Of a stretch of 64,000 nucleotides of DNA, positions 12,660-25,100 are shown one piece after another. Both the position numbers and the translations under genes were made by a program. How positions within the stretch are numbered: the first letter of the stretch is position 1; each line of letters starts with the position of its first letter. Source of the DNA: Octopus vulgaris (Eukaryota); contig OX597819.1 of the NCBI GenBank assembly GCA_951406725.2, positions 124,186,001 to 124,250,000 of the forward strand, written 5' to 3'. Below the pieces are notes generated by a model. That model did not search any database and was not told where the DNA came from. It was given only the letters and a program-made list of their open reading frames with translations.

Positions 12660-14884
12660 CCAGGAGAGAAATGCGTCCGCATGGATGATGGTGCACTTGC
12701 TTTCAATGTTTTTGAAAAGAAAAAGGCTTGGAGAAGCCATTATGAGAGACTACTGAATGTGGAGAATGAATGGGAGGAGGAGAGCCTCCCAAATGTTGAC
12801 TCAGTAGAGGGACCAGCTAGCTATTCGAATAGACATCTCCCTAGTAGATAAAGCAATTAAGGGTATGAAGCCAGAAAAAGCCCCCGGCCCATCAGGAATC
12901 ACTGCTGAGATGCTCAAAACATCTGGTGGTGTGGGCTATGGCCTAGTCACCTGCATTGTAAACCAGGTAGTTCATAATGGAGTCATACCCAATGACTGGC
13001 ATAGCAGCACCATAGGCAACTGCTACAAGGGTAAAGGTGATGCTCTAGATAGAAATAACTACGGGGGTATTAAACTGTTGGATCAGATGATGAAGGTCAC
13101 AGAGAGGGTCATAGTCCATCTCATTAGGGAGAGAGTCTGCTTAGATGAGATGCAGTTTGGTTTTGTGCCAGGTAGAAGCACCACTGATGCCATATTCCTG
13201 GTTCGACAACTGCAGGAGAAATACCTAGCTAAAGATAAACCCCTATACTTAGCTTTTGTGGAGTTGGAAAAAGCCTTTGACAGGGTCCCCCGATCCCTTA
13301 TCTGATGGGCGATGCGGAAACAGGAGATTGACAAATGGTTAATAAGGGCTGTACAGGCCCTTTGCAGAGAGGCCATCAGCAAGGCTGGGATTGGCAATGA
13401 GTATAGTGAAGAATTCCGGGTAGAAGTAGGGGTCCACCAAGGTTCAGCCCTCAGTCCACTTTTATTCATCATAGTCCTCCAGGCAATAACAGAGGAATTC
13501 AAGACGGATTGCCCCTGGGAGCTCCTCTATGCTGATGACCTGGCCCTCATAGCAGAATCACTACCGGAACTAGAAAAGAAATTTTGGGTGTGGAAGCTAG
13601 GTTTAGAATCAAAAGGTCTTAGAGTCAATGTAGCAAAGACCAAAGTTCTAGTAAGTAGGAAGGCGAACCCATCACACTCCCCCTCAAGTAGGTGGCCCTG
13701 CTCAATCTGTAGAAAAGGTGTAGGTAGAAACTCCATAAGATGTACCCAGTGTAAACCATGGACACATAAGAGGTGCAGCAACATCAAAGGAAAATTAACC
13801 GAGAAGATAGCTTTCGTGTGCGGCAGATGCACAGGGGCAAAAGATACCATTGATACTCAGAAAACAGATTCCATTACACTCCTGGGGGAGAAACTAGAAG
13901 TAGTTGATAGTTTCCGTTACCTAGGTGACCAAGTTAGAAGTGGAGGTGGATGCTCAGAAAGTGCTACCACTAGAATAAGAATAGCCTGGGCAAAGTTTAG
14001 AAAGCTCCTACCCCTACTAGTGACAGAGGGTCTCTCACTCAGAGTGAAAGGTAGATTGCACGACGCATGTGTGCGAACTGCCATGCTTCACGGTAGTGAA
14101 ACATGGACTGTGACTGCAGAGGACATGCGTAGGCTTGAAAGAAATGAAGCTAGCATGATTTGCTGGATGTGTAATGTCAACAAAGTGTAAGTGCCCTGAG
14201 AGAAATGCTGAACATAAGAAGCATTTGATGTGGTGTGCAAGAGTGACATCTGTGCTGGTATGGTCATGTACTACGGATGGATGAGGAGAGATGTGTGAAG
14301 AAGTGCCACTCCCAAACAGTTGAAGGAATCCGGGGTAGAGGTAGACCCAGGATGAGGTGGTCAAGCACGACCTTTGAATGTTGGGTCTCACAGAGGCAAT
14401 GATGAAAGACTGAGACCCCTGGAGATATGCTGTGTCTGCAAAAACCCGAAAAATAACTTGAGTTCATGGCTGTTTCTTGCACCAGCTTCACATAGAAGCC
14501 CCAGCCCATCCAAGGTGCCTTGGATCGCAGGATGGCCTGCTGTGCTTACCTTGGATCGTAGGGCGACCTGCTGTGCTTGAAGAGACCTATTGAGTCAAGT
14601 ACATCAACATCAAAAATCAAATGGAAACTGTAGTTGTGATACCTGTGCCGGTGGCACATAAAAAGCACCAACTGATTGTGGGTGTTGCCAGCCTCCTCTG
14701 GCACCTAAAAAGCACCCACTACACTCACGGAGTGGTTGGCATTAGGAAGGGCATCCAGCTGTAGAAACACTGCCAGATCAGACTGGAGGCTGGTGCAGCC
14801 TCCTGGCCTCCCAGACCATGGTCAAATCATCCAACCCATGCTCGCATGGAAAACGGACGTTAAACGACGATGATGATGATGATA
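12660..14884 (+). mobile_element. Best-preserved PHD-RTE LINE copy (5'-truncated)
   Basis: ORFs 12865-13305 (KAPGPSG...QFGFVPGRSTTDAIF...KAFDRVP) and 13312-14190 (GVHQGSALSP, YADD, C4HC3 finger, YLG). Has in-frame stops and a 3' UTR ending in (gat)n. Confidence 0.95.
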
Positions 14885-15063
14885 TGCATGTAAACAATCA
14901 CATTGTTAATTACAGGTCTCCAACAAGCCAATTACTAGTTCACTGCATTCCCGATGGGGAGAATAGCATAGTAGAGTCTGTGTGAGTCAATGCAGAACAA
15001 AGATCAACAAAGGATTACATGTCAAGGGCCCCAGTTATTTTGTGTTCTTGACTCTTGCATTAA

Positions 15064-15284
15064 CCCTTTCGTTACCAACCCGACTGAAACCGGCTCTGGC
15101 TCTGTAGTACAAATGTCTTGTTTTTGTAAGTTTTGAATTAAAATCTTCCACCAAACCTTAGTCACAATTTATGTTCCTAACACTAGCTGAACGATAACTA
15201 TGTTATTTTACTAAATTCTTTGTTATATTTAAAGTAATTGAAAGAAATACAGAGCGTCTCAAAATAAATACAGTAACAAAAGGG
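15064..15284. mobile_element. TTAA-flanked MITE (piggyBac-like)
   Basis: TTAA ccctttcgttac...gtaacaaaaggg TTAA. Confidence 0.9.
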
Positions 15285-15610
15285 TTAAGCTCACAGCCTT
15301 CGCATCTGCCACAGGTATGTATGTACAGTTATGTGTCCAGTGCGATCAAACCCTGTCACTCAGAATCAGTCATAAATTAGATGCCACTTGTTTAGACACA
15401 GAAATCTTTTGTTTGAATTCTGTATAATATGAACAGACAAAGCAGTTGAAATATCAAAGCAACACAAAATCTAAAACTCCTCTTTTGTTTGATACCATTC
15501 AAGGATTGGAACAAAAACAACATTTATTTTAAGCTTCATTCTTGCAGCTATGCTTCTTCTATAAATACTTGTAACCTAAAAAATGGTTTTATATTTTAGT
15601 GATGGACTAG

Positions 15611-15940
15611 ACCTCGGAGTGTCTGTTTCAGCAACTGGCGGCTCCTCGGTCATTCTGTCCCTCCATCTGTGGCAAACAGGATGTCTCTACATGCGGGATT
15701 GTTGGGGACCACTTGTGAAATCCACATATTCCCACGAAACTTCTTCCATGAATTCTCAATGGCGAATACAATGGCGTAATTTTGGCCTGCGCCGATGGAA
15801 CCGTGACTGGTTCGCTATCTCCAGTGAACTGGCACAGGACCATCGTGTGTGGGCTGCCATGGTTCGAGATGCCTTGAGGGTGGTAGAAGAAGCCGACTCG
15901 ACCCGCCCAGGGTGAATGTTGCCACAAGTACAAGTAAGTA
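15611..15940 (+). mobile_element. Non-autonomous RTE-derived element, 5'-truncated, with TSD
   Basis: TSD agtgatg(g/a)actag at 15598-15610 and 15941-15953. Encodes an RTE-like end RRWNRDW...DHRVWAAMVRDA...STRPG*, with an (aagt)n tail. Homologous to 54803-55161. Confidence 0.85.
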
Positions 15941-16009
15941 AGTGATGAACTAGTTAACTGTGTTGAACCTACCTGAATAAAAAGACTGAAATCTCATAGG
16001 TCTTCTTAA

Positions 16010-16222
16010 CCCTTTAGCATTCAAGCTAGCCATATCCATCCCAAATATTCTGTTTTATGCTTAAAGTGACCAAATCTGGTCTCTCAAACATATCCTACAA
16101 TGTCCTTTTAAAAATAAACACTTATATCATTGAAATCTTTGGGTTACAAGATGATATGTGATTAATTCAAAACAATATGAATAAATAAGTTATTCAGATA
16201 GAGTTATCTGACGACAGGAGGG
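16010..16222. mobile_element. TTAA-flanked MITE, second family
   Basis: TTAAccctttagcatt...caggagggTTAA. Confidence 0.75.
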
Positions 16223-16239
16223 TTAATCAGGTTTCCACT

Positions 16240-16675
16240 GACACTCCATTAGTTACGACGATGAGGGTTCCAGTTGATCCAATCAATGGAACAGCCTGCT
16301 CGTGAAATCAATGTGCAAGTGGCTGAGCACTCCACAGAAACATGAACCCTTAACCCTTTCATTACTGTATTTATTTTGAGATGCTCTGTGTTTCTTTCAA
16401 TCATTTTTAAATATAACAAAGAATTTAGTAAAATAACTTAGTTATCATTAAGCTAGTGTTAGAAACATAAATTGTGACTAAGGTTTGGTGGGAGATTTTA
16501 ATTCAAAACTTATGAAAACAAGACATTTGTACTACAAAGCCAGAGCCGGTTTTGGCCAGGTTGGTAACGAAAGGGTTAATGTAGTTTTCAGGGAGATTCA
16601 GCATGACACAGAATGTGACAAGGCTGACACTTTGAAATACCAGGTGCAACTCATTATTGCCAGCTGAGTGGACTG
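16240..16675 (-). mobile_element. SINE fragment (tail X) interrupted by a TTAA MITE at 16354-16575
   Basis: The SINE sequence cccTTAAcgtagttctc (compare 3640-3655) is split by the MITE, with TTAA duplicated at 16350-16353 and 16576-16579. Confidence 0.85.
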
Positions 16676-17023
16676 TTTTATTCATGTTGTATTTGATGTT
16701 AAATGACAACCTGAGCATGACCTGATTTATGCCCCACACACACTCTAAACCAAAATGGTAGAGATTTGACCTAAACAAAATTATGAATTTTTACATATAG
16801 CTCTTAATACTTTTAACTGCTTATAGCCACTAAGAGATTATTGGTAATAAAATTTGAATATGTTGAAGAAACAAAGAAACAAGCAAGGAGTAGAATACAA
16901 AATATAACTCTAAATGTTTCAAAATATAAAAATAGCTCTGGCCTTATATGCTGCACCACAGGTTTTAAATTCATATTAATCAAATTAACATTCAATTTTT
17001 CACTCTTAATATTTTAAATTTAA

Positions 17024-17026
<3 letters not shown>

Positions 17027-17073
<47 letters not shown>

Positions 17074-17259
17074 ATATATGCATGTATATATATGCATGTA
17101 TATATATGCATGTATATATACATGTATATATATACATGTATATATATATACATATATATATATATACATGTATATATATATACATGTATATGTATATATA
17201 TATATACATGTATATGTATATATACATGTATATGTATATATATATATATATATATAATG

Positions 17260-17310
<51 letters not shown>

Positions 17311-17588
17311 ATATATATACATGTATATATATATACATGTATATATATATACATGTATATGTATATATATATATACATGTATATATATATACATGTATAT
17401 GTATATATATATATACATGTATATGTATATATACATGTATATGTATATATACATGTATATGTATATATATATATATATACATGTATATGTATATATATAT
17501 ATATACATGTATATGTATACATGTATATATATATATATATATATGTATACATGTATAGCTGCATATGTATACATGTATGTGTACATAT

Positions 17589-17626
<38 letters not shown>

Positions 17627-17685
17627 ATATGTACACATATATACATGCATACATATATACACACATACACACACATACATACAGA
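17027..17685. repeat. Compound (TA)n/TACATG microsatellite
   Basis: About 660 bp of nearly strictly alternating purine-pyrimidine sequence. Confidence 0.97.
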
Positions 17686-18123
17686 TATGGCATGAACATT
17701 ATTCCAGGTATATCAGGTCTTTGTGTAGCTAAGGACCATCCTTAGTGGTTAAACTGGAGAGGAGCAATGTCTCACCCCCTCCACTATCCCCTATTTCTGG
17801 ATGCCTATAGATTCTCAGTAGCGATAACAGAAGCTAACAAGGTGAACTATCAGAAAATGACAATTGTCATTTCTTTTAATGGACATTTCGTTGCTTTTTC
17901 TAGCAGATCAAGCAACCATGCTGAAGGTCTCTCATTAGCTTGTGTGTTCTTTGTGACTTATTATGGAGGAATTGGGACAGTGACAGAACTGGGATGTTCA
18001 ATGACAAATCTAATGTATTGTTTGTATATATGGAGAGCTTACAAAAAAAAAAACAAAAGACGAAGACAGGTGGTGTACAAAACAAACAGATGTATTAGTA
18101 TTACGCTCAGGAATAGAAAAAGT

Positions 18124-18159
18124 CTGTTACGTTTCGAGCCTATGCTCTTCTACAGAAAG
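18124..18159 (-). ncRNA. Degenerate minimal hammerhead-like motif (probable Penelope-like terminal repeat relic)
   Basis: Minus strand cttt CTGtAGA a gagc-atag-gctc GAAA cg TA acag. Core A6 is substituted. Confidence 0.45.
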
Positions 18160-18404
18160 GGACACAGAAAAAAAAAGGAGAGAAAAAAAAACAAGGAGAG
18201 AAAAATTTTACTAAAAAGAGAGAAAAAAAAGGAGAAAAATTTTACAAAAGGGAGAGAAAAATATTACTGTTATTGTTCTTTTTTGTTGGACAAATCATTT
18301 TGCTTTGTTTACTATCATCATCTTTTTAATACCAAACTTCAATGTCTACTTTGGCATGGTTTCTATGGCTGGATGCACTTTCTAATGTCAACCACCTCAT
18401 AAAC

Positions 18405-21362
18405 ACAAAGACCTTCCCTGGTGAAGAATGTACTCCCCAGTAAAAACTAGTCATTAGCGACTTTAGACTTTAGGCCAGAAGGATGCCAAGAAGCAGACCA
18501 ATCTGGAAAAGGGTTTGGAAGTTTTATATGGTCAGAGATTTAGGAACACCCTAATTGAGAAATTTGACAAAGGAAGAACTACAGGCCTATAATATAGGGA
18601 GCAACTGGGAATCCCTGTGGGACAGCTTGCTGAGTGTCACAGACCAAATCCGTGGCTGGTGCAAAGTTTCATCCAGACCAAGGGCTGGCAGCAACGTTAG
18701 CACGCCGGGCGAAATGCGTAGCCATATTTCATCTGCCGTTGCATTCTGAGTTCAAATTCCGCCGAGGTCGACCTTGCCTTTCATCCTTTCGGGGTCGACC
18801 TTGCCTTTCATCCTTTCGGGGTCGATTAAATAAGTACCAGTTATGTACTGGGGTCGATATAATGGACTTAATCTGTTTGTCTGTCCTTGTTTGTCCCCTC
18901 TGTGTTTAGCCCCTTGTGGGTAGTAAAGAAATAGTAATAGGAATGATGCTGCAGACAAGGCCATTAGAGCAAAGAAACAGGCCTGGAAGGACTAGAAGTG
19001 TTGGGACAGCAGGAAACTGTATAAGATCACCAGAGGGGAAGCCAGGAGAGAAGCAGAAAAGAAGTTTGCCTATGTTCTGCAATGTGAGGACCAGAGAATT
19101 GAAGTGTTTTGGACTGTGAGAGGAAATCATGTCACAGGAAAGAAATGTATCTGCTTTGATGACGGTACACTTGCATTTAATGATTCTGCAAAGAAAGAGG
19201 CTTATAAACGCCATTATAAAAGGCCACTAAACATGTAGAATGAATGGGAGAAGGAGTCTGCCAAATGTTGACCCACATAAGGGACCTGCTATCTGAATCA
19301 ACAGTAGCTTAGTAGATGAAGCAATTAAGGATATGAAGACAAGGAAAGCCCCAAGCCCATCGGGAATCACCATTGAGATGCTTAAAATATCTGGCAGAGT
19401 AGGATATAGCCTAGTCACCCATATAGTTAATCAGGTTATCCATGAGGGAGTCATACCCAACAATTGGTGCAGCAGCATTATAGTCAACTGGTAAAAAGGC
19501 AAAGGCGATGCCTTAGACAAGAATAATTACAGAGGCATCAAATTGCTGGACCAGGTGATGAAAGTCACAGAAAGGGTCATAGCTCAATTAATTAGGAAGA
19601 AAGTTAGTGTAGATGAGATGCAGTTCGGATTTGTGCCAAGCAGGAGCACAACTGAAGCTATATTCCTGGTTAGGTAACTGTATGAGAAATATCTAGCGAA
19701 AGACAAACCCCTGTGCCTGGCTTTTGTTGACATGGAGAAAGCCTCTAGTGGTCAATACAGAAGCTAGGGGTAGGTGACTGGTTGGTGAGAGCTGTACAAG
19801 CCATGTACAGGGATGCTATCAGTAAGATAAAGGCTAGCAGCAAATATAGAGATGAATTCAGGGTACAAATAAGGGGTTCACCAAGAATCAATCTTCAGCA
19901 CCCTCTTGTTCATCATAGTCCTCCAGGCAATGACAGAGGAATTTAAAACAGACTGCCCCTGGAAGCTCCTCTATGCTGATGACCTTGTTCTACCAAAACT
20001 AGGGAAGAAATTTCAGGCATAGAAGCAAGGTTTAGAATCAAAGGGCCTTAGTGTTAATCTAGCAAAAACTGAAATCTTAGTAAGTAGAACAGACAAATCA
20101 CAAATACCTTCATGTAGAAAGCTCTGCTCTATCAGTAGAGAAGGCATAGGTATGATAGTAACTTCATGAGATGTACCCGGTGCAAGCAATGGACATAAGA
20201 GGTGCAGCAATATCAGAGGAGGGTTAGCTGAGAAAATAGTTTTTGTGTGTGGGAAGTGAACAGGTATGATTAACACCAAAAATGTACAGGAAAATAGACT
20301 CCATCAAATGCCAGTTGGGGGAAATAGAAGTAGCTAGCTTCCATTACCTAGGTGACCAAGTCAATAGCAGAGGTGGATGCTCCAAGAGCATAGCTGTTAG
20401 AACAAGAATAGGCTGAGCAAAGTTCAGAGAGCCCCTAGCTCTGTAACAAAGAGCCTCTCCCTGAGAGTGAAAGGCAAATTGTACAATGCCTGGGTGTGAA
20501 CAGCTGTGCTACACGGCAGTGAAACATGAGCTGTGACTGTTGAGGACATGTGAAGACTTGAAAGAAATGAAGAGGGTATGTTTCACTGGATTGCAATGTC
20601 AGTGTGCATGTACGACAGAGTGTAAGCGTCTTGAGAGAAAAGTTGGTGTGCAAGAGAGGTGACTGCTGGTATGGTCATGTGATGTTTATGGACAAGGACA
20701 GCTGTGGGAAGTGCCCACCTCTAACTGTGGGGGGAACCTGTGGAAGAGGTAGACCCAAGAAGACATGGGACAAGGTGGTGAAGCATGATCTTCAACATTG
20801 GTCTTTACAAAGGCAATGACAAGTGACTGAGGCCTTTGGCAACATGCCATGCTTGAGAGGACCCATCAAGCCAAGTGAAATCTCAGTTATGGCTGATGCC
20901 AGTGTTGCATAACTGGCACGTAAAAAGTACCTTTTGAAAATTGGGCAATATGCTGTGTTTGAGAAGATCTGTAAAGCCAAGAGAAATAGTAGACATCGCC
21001 AATGCCAGTGTCACGGAACTGGGACCCATGCTGCTAGCATGTAAAATGCACCCTTCGAACTTTGGGCCTCACAGAGGAAGTGACAAGTGACAAAGACTTT
21101 AGCAATATACCAGGCTTGGCAAAACCTGTCAAGCCAAATGAGATCATAGTCCTAGCTGATTGCTGGTGTTTCATAACTGGCATGTAAAAAGTACCCACTA
21201 CACTCTTGGAGTGTTTGGCATCAGGAAGGGCATCCAGCTATAGAAACCATGTAAATCAGATTGCAACTTTGTGCAGCTCCCCAGCCTACCAGTTTTCAGT
21301 CAAACTGTCCGTCCCATGCCAGCATGAAAAATGGATGTTAAATGATGATGATGATGATGATT
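18405..21362 (+). mobile_element. Longest but heavily decayed PHD-RTE LINE copy (end of endonuclease domain to tail)
   Basis: KTFPGEECTPQ*KLVISDF, KAPSPSG, QFGFVP, ctctatgctgatgac (YADD), finger remnant and a (gat)n tail. Confidence 0.9.
18682..18933 (+). mobile_element. Meta-like SINE nested in the LINE, with a 27-bp internal duplication
   Basis: ggtcgaccttgcctttcatcctttcgg occurs at 18766 and 18793. Confidence 0.85.
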
Positions 21363-21704
21363 TACAGAGTGTACTGGGTACTTTTATCATAATACTTATA
21401 TTAGTGAGGTTGCCATATAACTTGCAGGACTAAGACCTCCCTCAACTGAGTGGAACTGAAGTTGTGAGGGAAGCGGGGCTCTAAGTTAAGTGTTGTGAGG
21501 TTAAAGTATGTTTCGTGCTGTGGAGGAGATTCATCAATACCTTGAATTATTTAAGAGTGAATGGGAGTAACCAGGATGGGACTGGAAAGAAAGAATTGTG
21601 GGGACAAACAGTTAGGATGAGCCCTCAAAGTGTAAGAAGGTGAACAGATGCAAGTAGAGACAGCAGAACAGAAAGGATAGATGGTAGAGGTTGCAAGAGT
21701 GTAT

Positions 21705-21935
21705 ATATTTCTTTACTACCCACAAGGGGCTAAACATAAAGGGGACACACAAGGACAGACAAACGGATTAAGTTGATTGCATCGACCCCAGTGCATAACT
21801 GGTACTTAATTTATCGAACCCGAAAGGATGAAAGCAAAGTCGACCTTGGTGGAATTTGAACTCAGAACGTAATGGCAGACGAAATACGGCTACACATTTC
21901 GCCCGGCGTGCTAACATTTCTGCCAGCTTGCCGCC
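21705..21935 (-). mobile_element. Meta-like SINE
   Basis: Reverse complement of the 7978-8205 family. Confidence 0.85.
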
Positions 21936-22197
21936 TGTATAGAGAAAGTGAGAAATGGTTAGAGATAGAGTAAGGATGTGGCCATAATGAATGGTACACA
22001 AGAGTGGAAGGCTGGTTGATGATAAAAGTGAGTATATGTGTGCTGTGAGAGTTGAGAAGGTGTTGTATCTAAGTCCTAGCATTTTTATCTTGTATCTATG
22101 TGGTATGTTTACATTATTGAGTTTGATGTTGTATTTGATGTCCTGTAGTTGTTAAGAAGAGAGACAGTGGATTTGGTTGGTATTACTCTTGCTTTGG

Positions 22198-25100
22198 GGT
22201 GTATGGGAGGGGTAGTACCTCTGATGGGGCAACGGCCATGCTCCTTCTCGGAGTAGTTGATCCGCCTTGGTCCCCACCTGCACTCAGCTCTCGCTTGTAG
22301 CCCCTAGTAGCTATTTGTATGCAACAGCGGCCACACCCCGGGCAATGGCTTCGACTAGCCGGCTAAACCAAGTGAGGGTAGCCAACCGGTCTTAAACCTT
22401 CGGCGAGTTAGGGCTTGCCTACCTACGCATATGAAGACTGGAGCCGGCTGATCCTACAGAAGAAACAACCAGAACGGTTTCAACGGAGAAGAGGGTGGTT
22501 ACAGCAGGGCATAGGGCAAGATGAGACACTATAGGACATCTTGGTCATTCACTGCATCCGGTTCTGTCCCCAGTCGTCTCGATCTGGTCTTGCCACTGGT
22601 TAAGACAGTCTTGGACAAGAGAGTGAGGTCGGCATTGCGCAACCCTTCCTCACTTTAAACAAAGTTTCCTCGTGCAAGTCATCTTTCATCCTTCTTTCCA
22701 CCCCTTCCTCCCAAAGTCCTGTGGCGACATGCACGCGACGAAGCGACAGGTGTAGGTACACTGGAAGTCATAGCCACAAACCTTCACACAGGCAGCTCAG
22801 GCCAAGGGTCACTATTCACTGACCTGGTGCAGCAGTGGATTTTGGGAGCCATCTGGGCAACTGAGCAGTCCTATTTAGGAGCGCACTGCTCACCTCCATG
22901 GCATGAGGAGCGGACTAGAAAAGGTGTCCCAAACATTGCCTGCTCCACCTACCCTAGCCAGCCTACCATGACAGGAGGGGATCCTACACACTGCAGTCGA
23001 AACAAAGAACAAAGAAAAAGAGCAAGGAGTACACCACTCATCCTTGCTGGCTTGGAATGTTCATATGCTTCTTGACAGAGATGAGTCAGAGAGACCCCAG
23101 AGATGCACAGCACTCATAGCAAATGAACTCGCCAGATATAACATCGACACTGCTGCTCTCGGCGAAACCAGGCTGCCGGGCAAAGGTGAAATACAGGAAA
23201 AACAGTGCAGGATACACTTTCTTTTGGAGTGGATGTGGACCTGAAGCGAGAAGAGAGGCTGGAGTTGGCTTTGCAGTTAAGTCGACATTGGCTGGCAGGT
23301 TGGTTGGTCCCCCAAAAGGTATGAATGATTGCCTAATGACGATGAGACTCCACCTTTGTCGCAGACAGAAGTACACCACCAGTGTCAGTGCCTATGCCCC
23401 CACCATGACGAATCCAAATGTGACCAAAGACAAGTTCTATGAAGACTTGAGCTCTGTCATCACCAAGGCTCCCCACGTAGACAAACTCATCATTCTAGGT
23501 GACTTCAATGCGAGAGTTGGTCATGATAGTGTCTCCTGGGAAGGAGTGATTGGGAAACATGGAGTTGGCAGCTGCAACAGCAACGGTCTGCTACTCCTCC
23601 ATACCTGTGCAAAGCATGGCCTCCTGATCACCAACACCTCTTTAACCTCCCCACCCGAAACAGAACATCATGGATGCATCCCTGCTCAAAGCACTGGCAC
23701 CTCATCGACTACATTATCATAAGGAAGCGAGACAGGCAAGACATACGAGTTACGAAGACCATGTGTGACGCAGAATGCTGGACAGACAACAGCCTTGTTG
23801 TATCCAAACTCAACCTTAGAGTTCAGCCCAGGAGACGACCACAAAATAGGAAAGCACCAAAACACTCGAACATTGGCAAGCTGAAGGATAGCAACATCAA
23901 GCAGCTATTTACCGATACATTGGAGCAATGCTTGGACCCCATTGTGCTACAAGGCAAGGATATTGAGGAAACCTGGGCTGCACTCGGGGTAACATTGTAC
24001 GACACAGCCATGGAATGCCTTGGGCCATCTACAAAGAAGCACAAGGAATGGTTTGATGAGAACTGTGTGGAGATCAAGCAACTACTAGACGAAAAGCATC
24101 GTGTTTACAAAGCTCACCTCACTGACCCCAAGTCAGTTTCAAAGAAGGACAGACTGCAGATTGTACGGAGCAAAATCCAAACGAAGTTGCGCCAGATGCA
24201 GGATTCCTGGCTTAGCAGCAAAGCAGACATGATCCAGGGCTTTGCAGACAGAAATGACATGAAGAATTTCTATGACAGCTTGAAGGAAGTTTATGGACCT
24301 ACAACTGCAAGAACACTGTCTCCCCTCCTTAGTGTTGACGAGGCAACACTGATCACCGACAAGGAAAAGGTATTAGAGAGATGGGCTGAACATTTCGACA
24401 GCGTCCTGAATAGGCCTTCCACCATCAATGGTGAAGTCATCGATAGGCTACCTCAAGTCCCCGTTGAGGAGTCAATGGACGTCAAACCAACTTTGGAGGA
24501 AATTCAGAAAGCATGCCACCTACTGTCCAGTGGCAAAGCACCTGGTCCGGACTCCATCCCAGCTGAAGTATTCAAAGAAGGCGGTATGGCCCTGACCATG
24601 AAAATTCACCAGCTGTTTCAGCTCATCTGGATACACGAAAAAGTGCCTCAAGACTTCAATGACACTCCATCATCCACCTCTACAAGCAAAATGGAAACCA
24701 CCAGGTCTACGACAATCATCGTGGAATTTCACTGCTGTCCATCACAGGCAAGATCCTGGCTAGAGTTTTGCTCAACCACTTCATTGCACACCTAGAGCAG
24801 GGTCTCCCACTTGAAAGCTAGTGTGGATTCTGGAAAGAGCGTGGGACTATCGACATGGTGTTTGCTGCTAGACAGCTGCAGGAGAAGTGTCGGGAGCAAA
24901 ACGTCGACCTCTACTCCACCTACATCGACCTGACCAAGGCCTTTGATACCATTAGTAGAAAAGGTCTCTGGAGAATCTTGGCAAAGTATGGATGATACCC
25001 CAGAAAATTCATCACCATCGTAAGACAACTACACGATGGCATGTTGGCAAGGGTACAGGACAACAGAGAGACCTCTGACCATTCCTTGTCTCCAACAGTG

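Noticed and set aside
16992-17745. Several long ORFs (YI/CI/HV-rich) on both strands
   Set aside because: They are translations of the (TA)n/TACATG microsatellite. The same applies to 30883-31431 and 42552-43199.
17767-18402. 211-aa ORF
   Set aside because: It has no recognisable domain and runs through A-rich repeat relics.
21936-22190. Possible very old LINE on the minus strand (IKLNNVNIP..KIKMLGLRY), continuing past 26286
   Set aside because: It is too degenerate to classify with confidence.
22220-22380. HDV-like ribozyme call
   Set aside because: P1, P3 and P1.1 could not be assigned, so it is kept only as a structured-leader finding.
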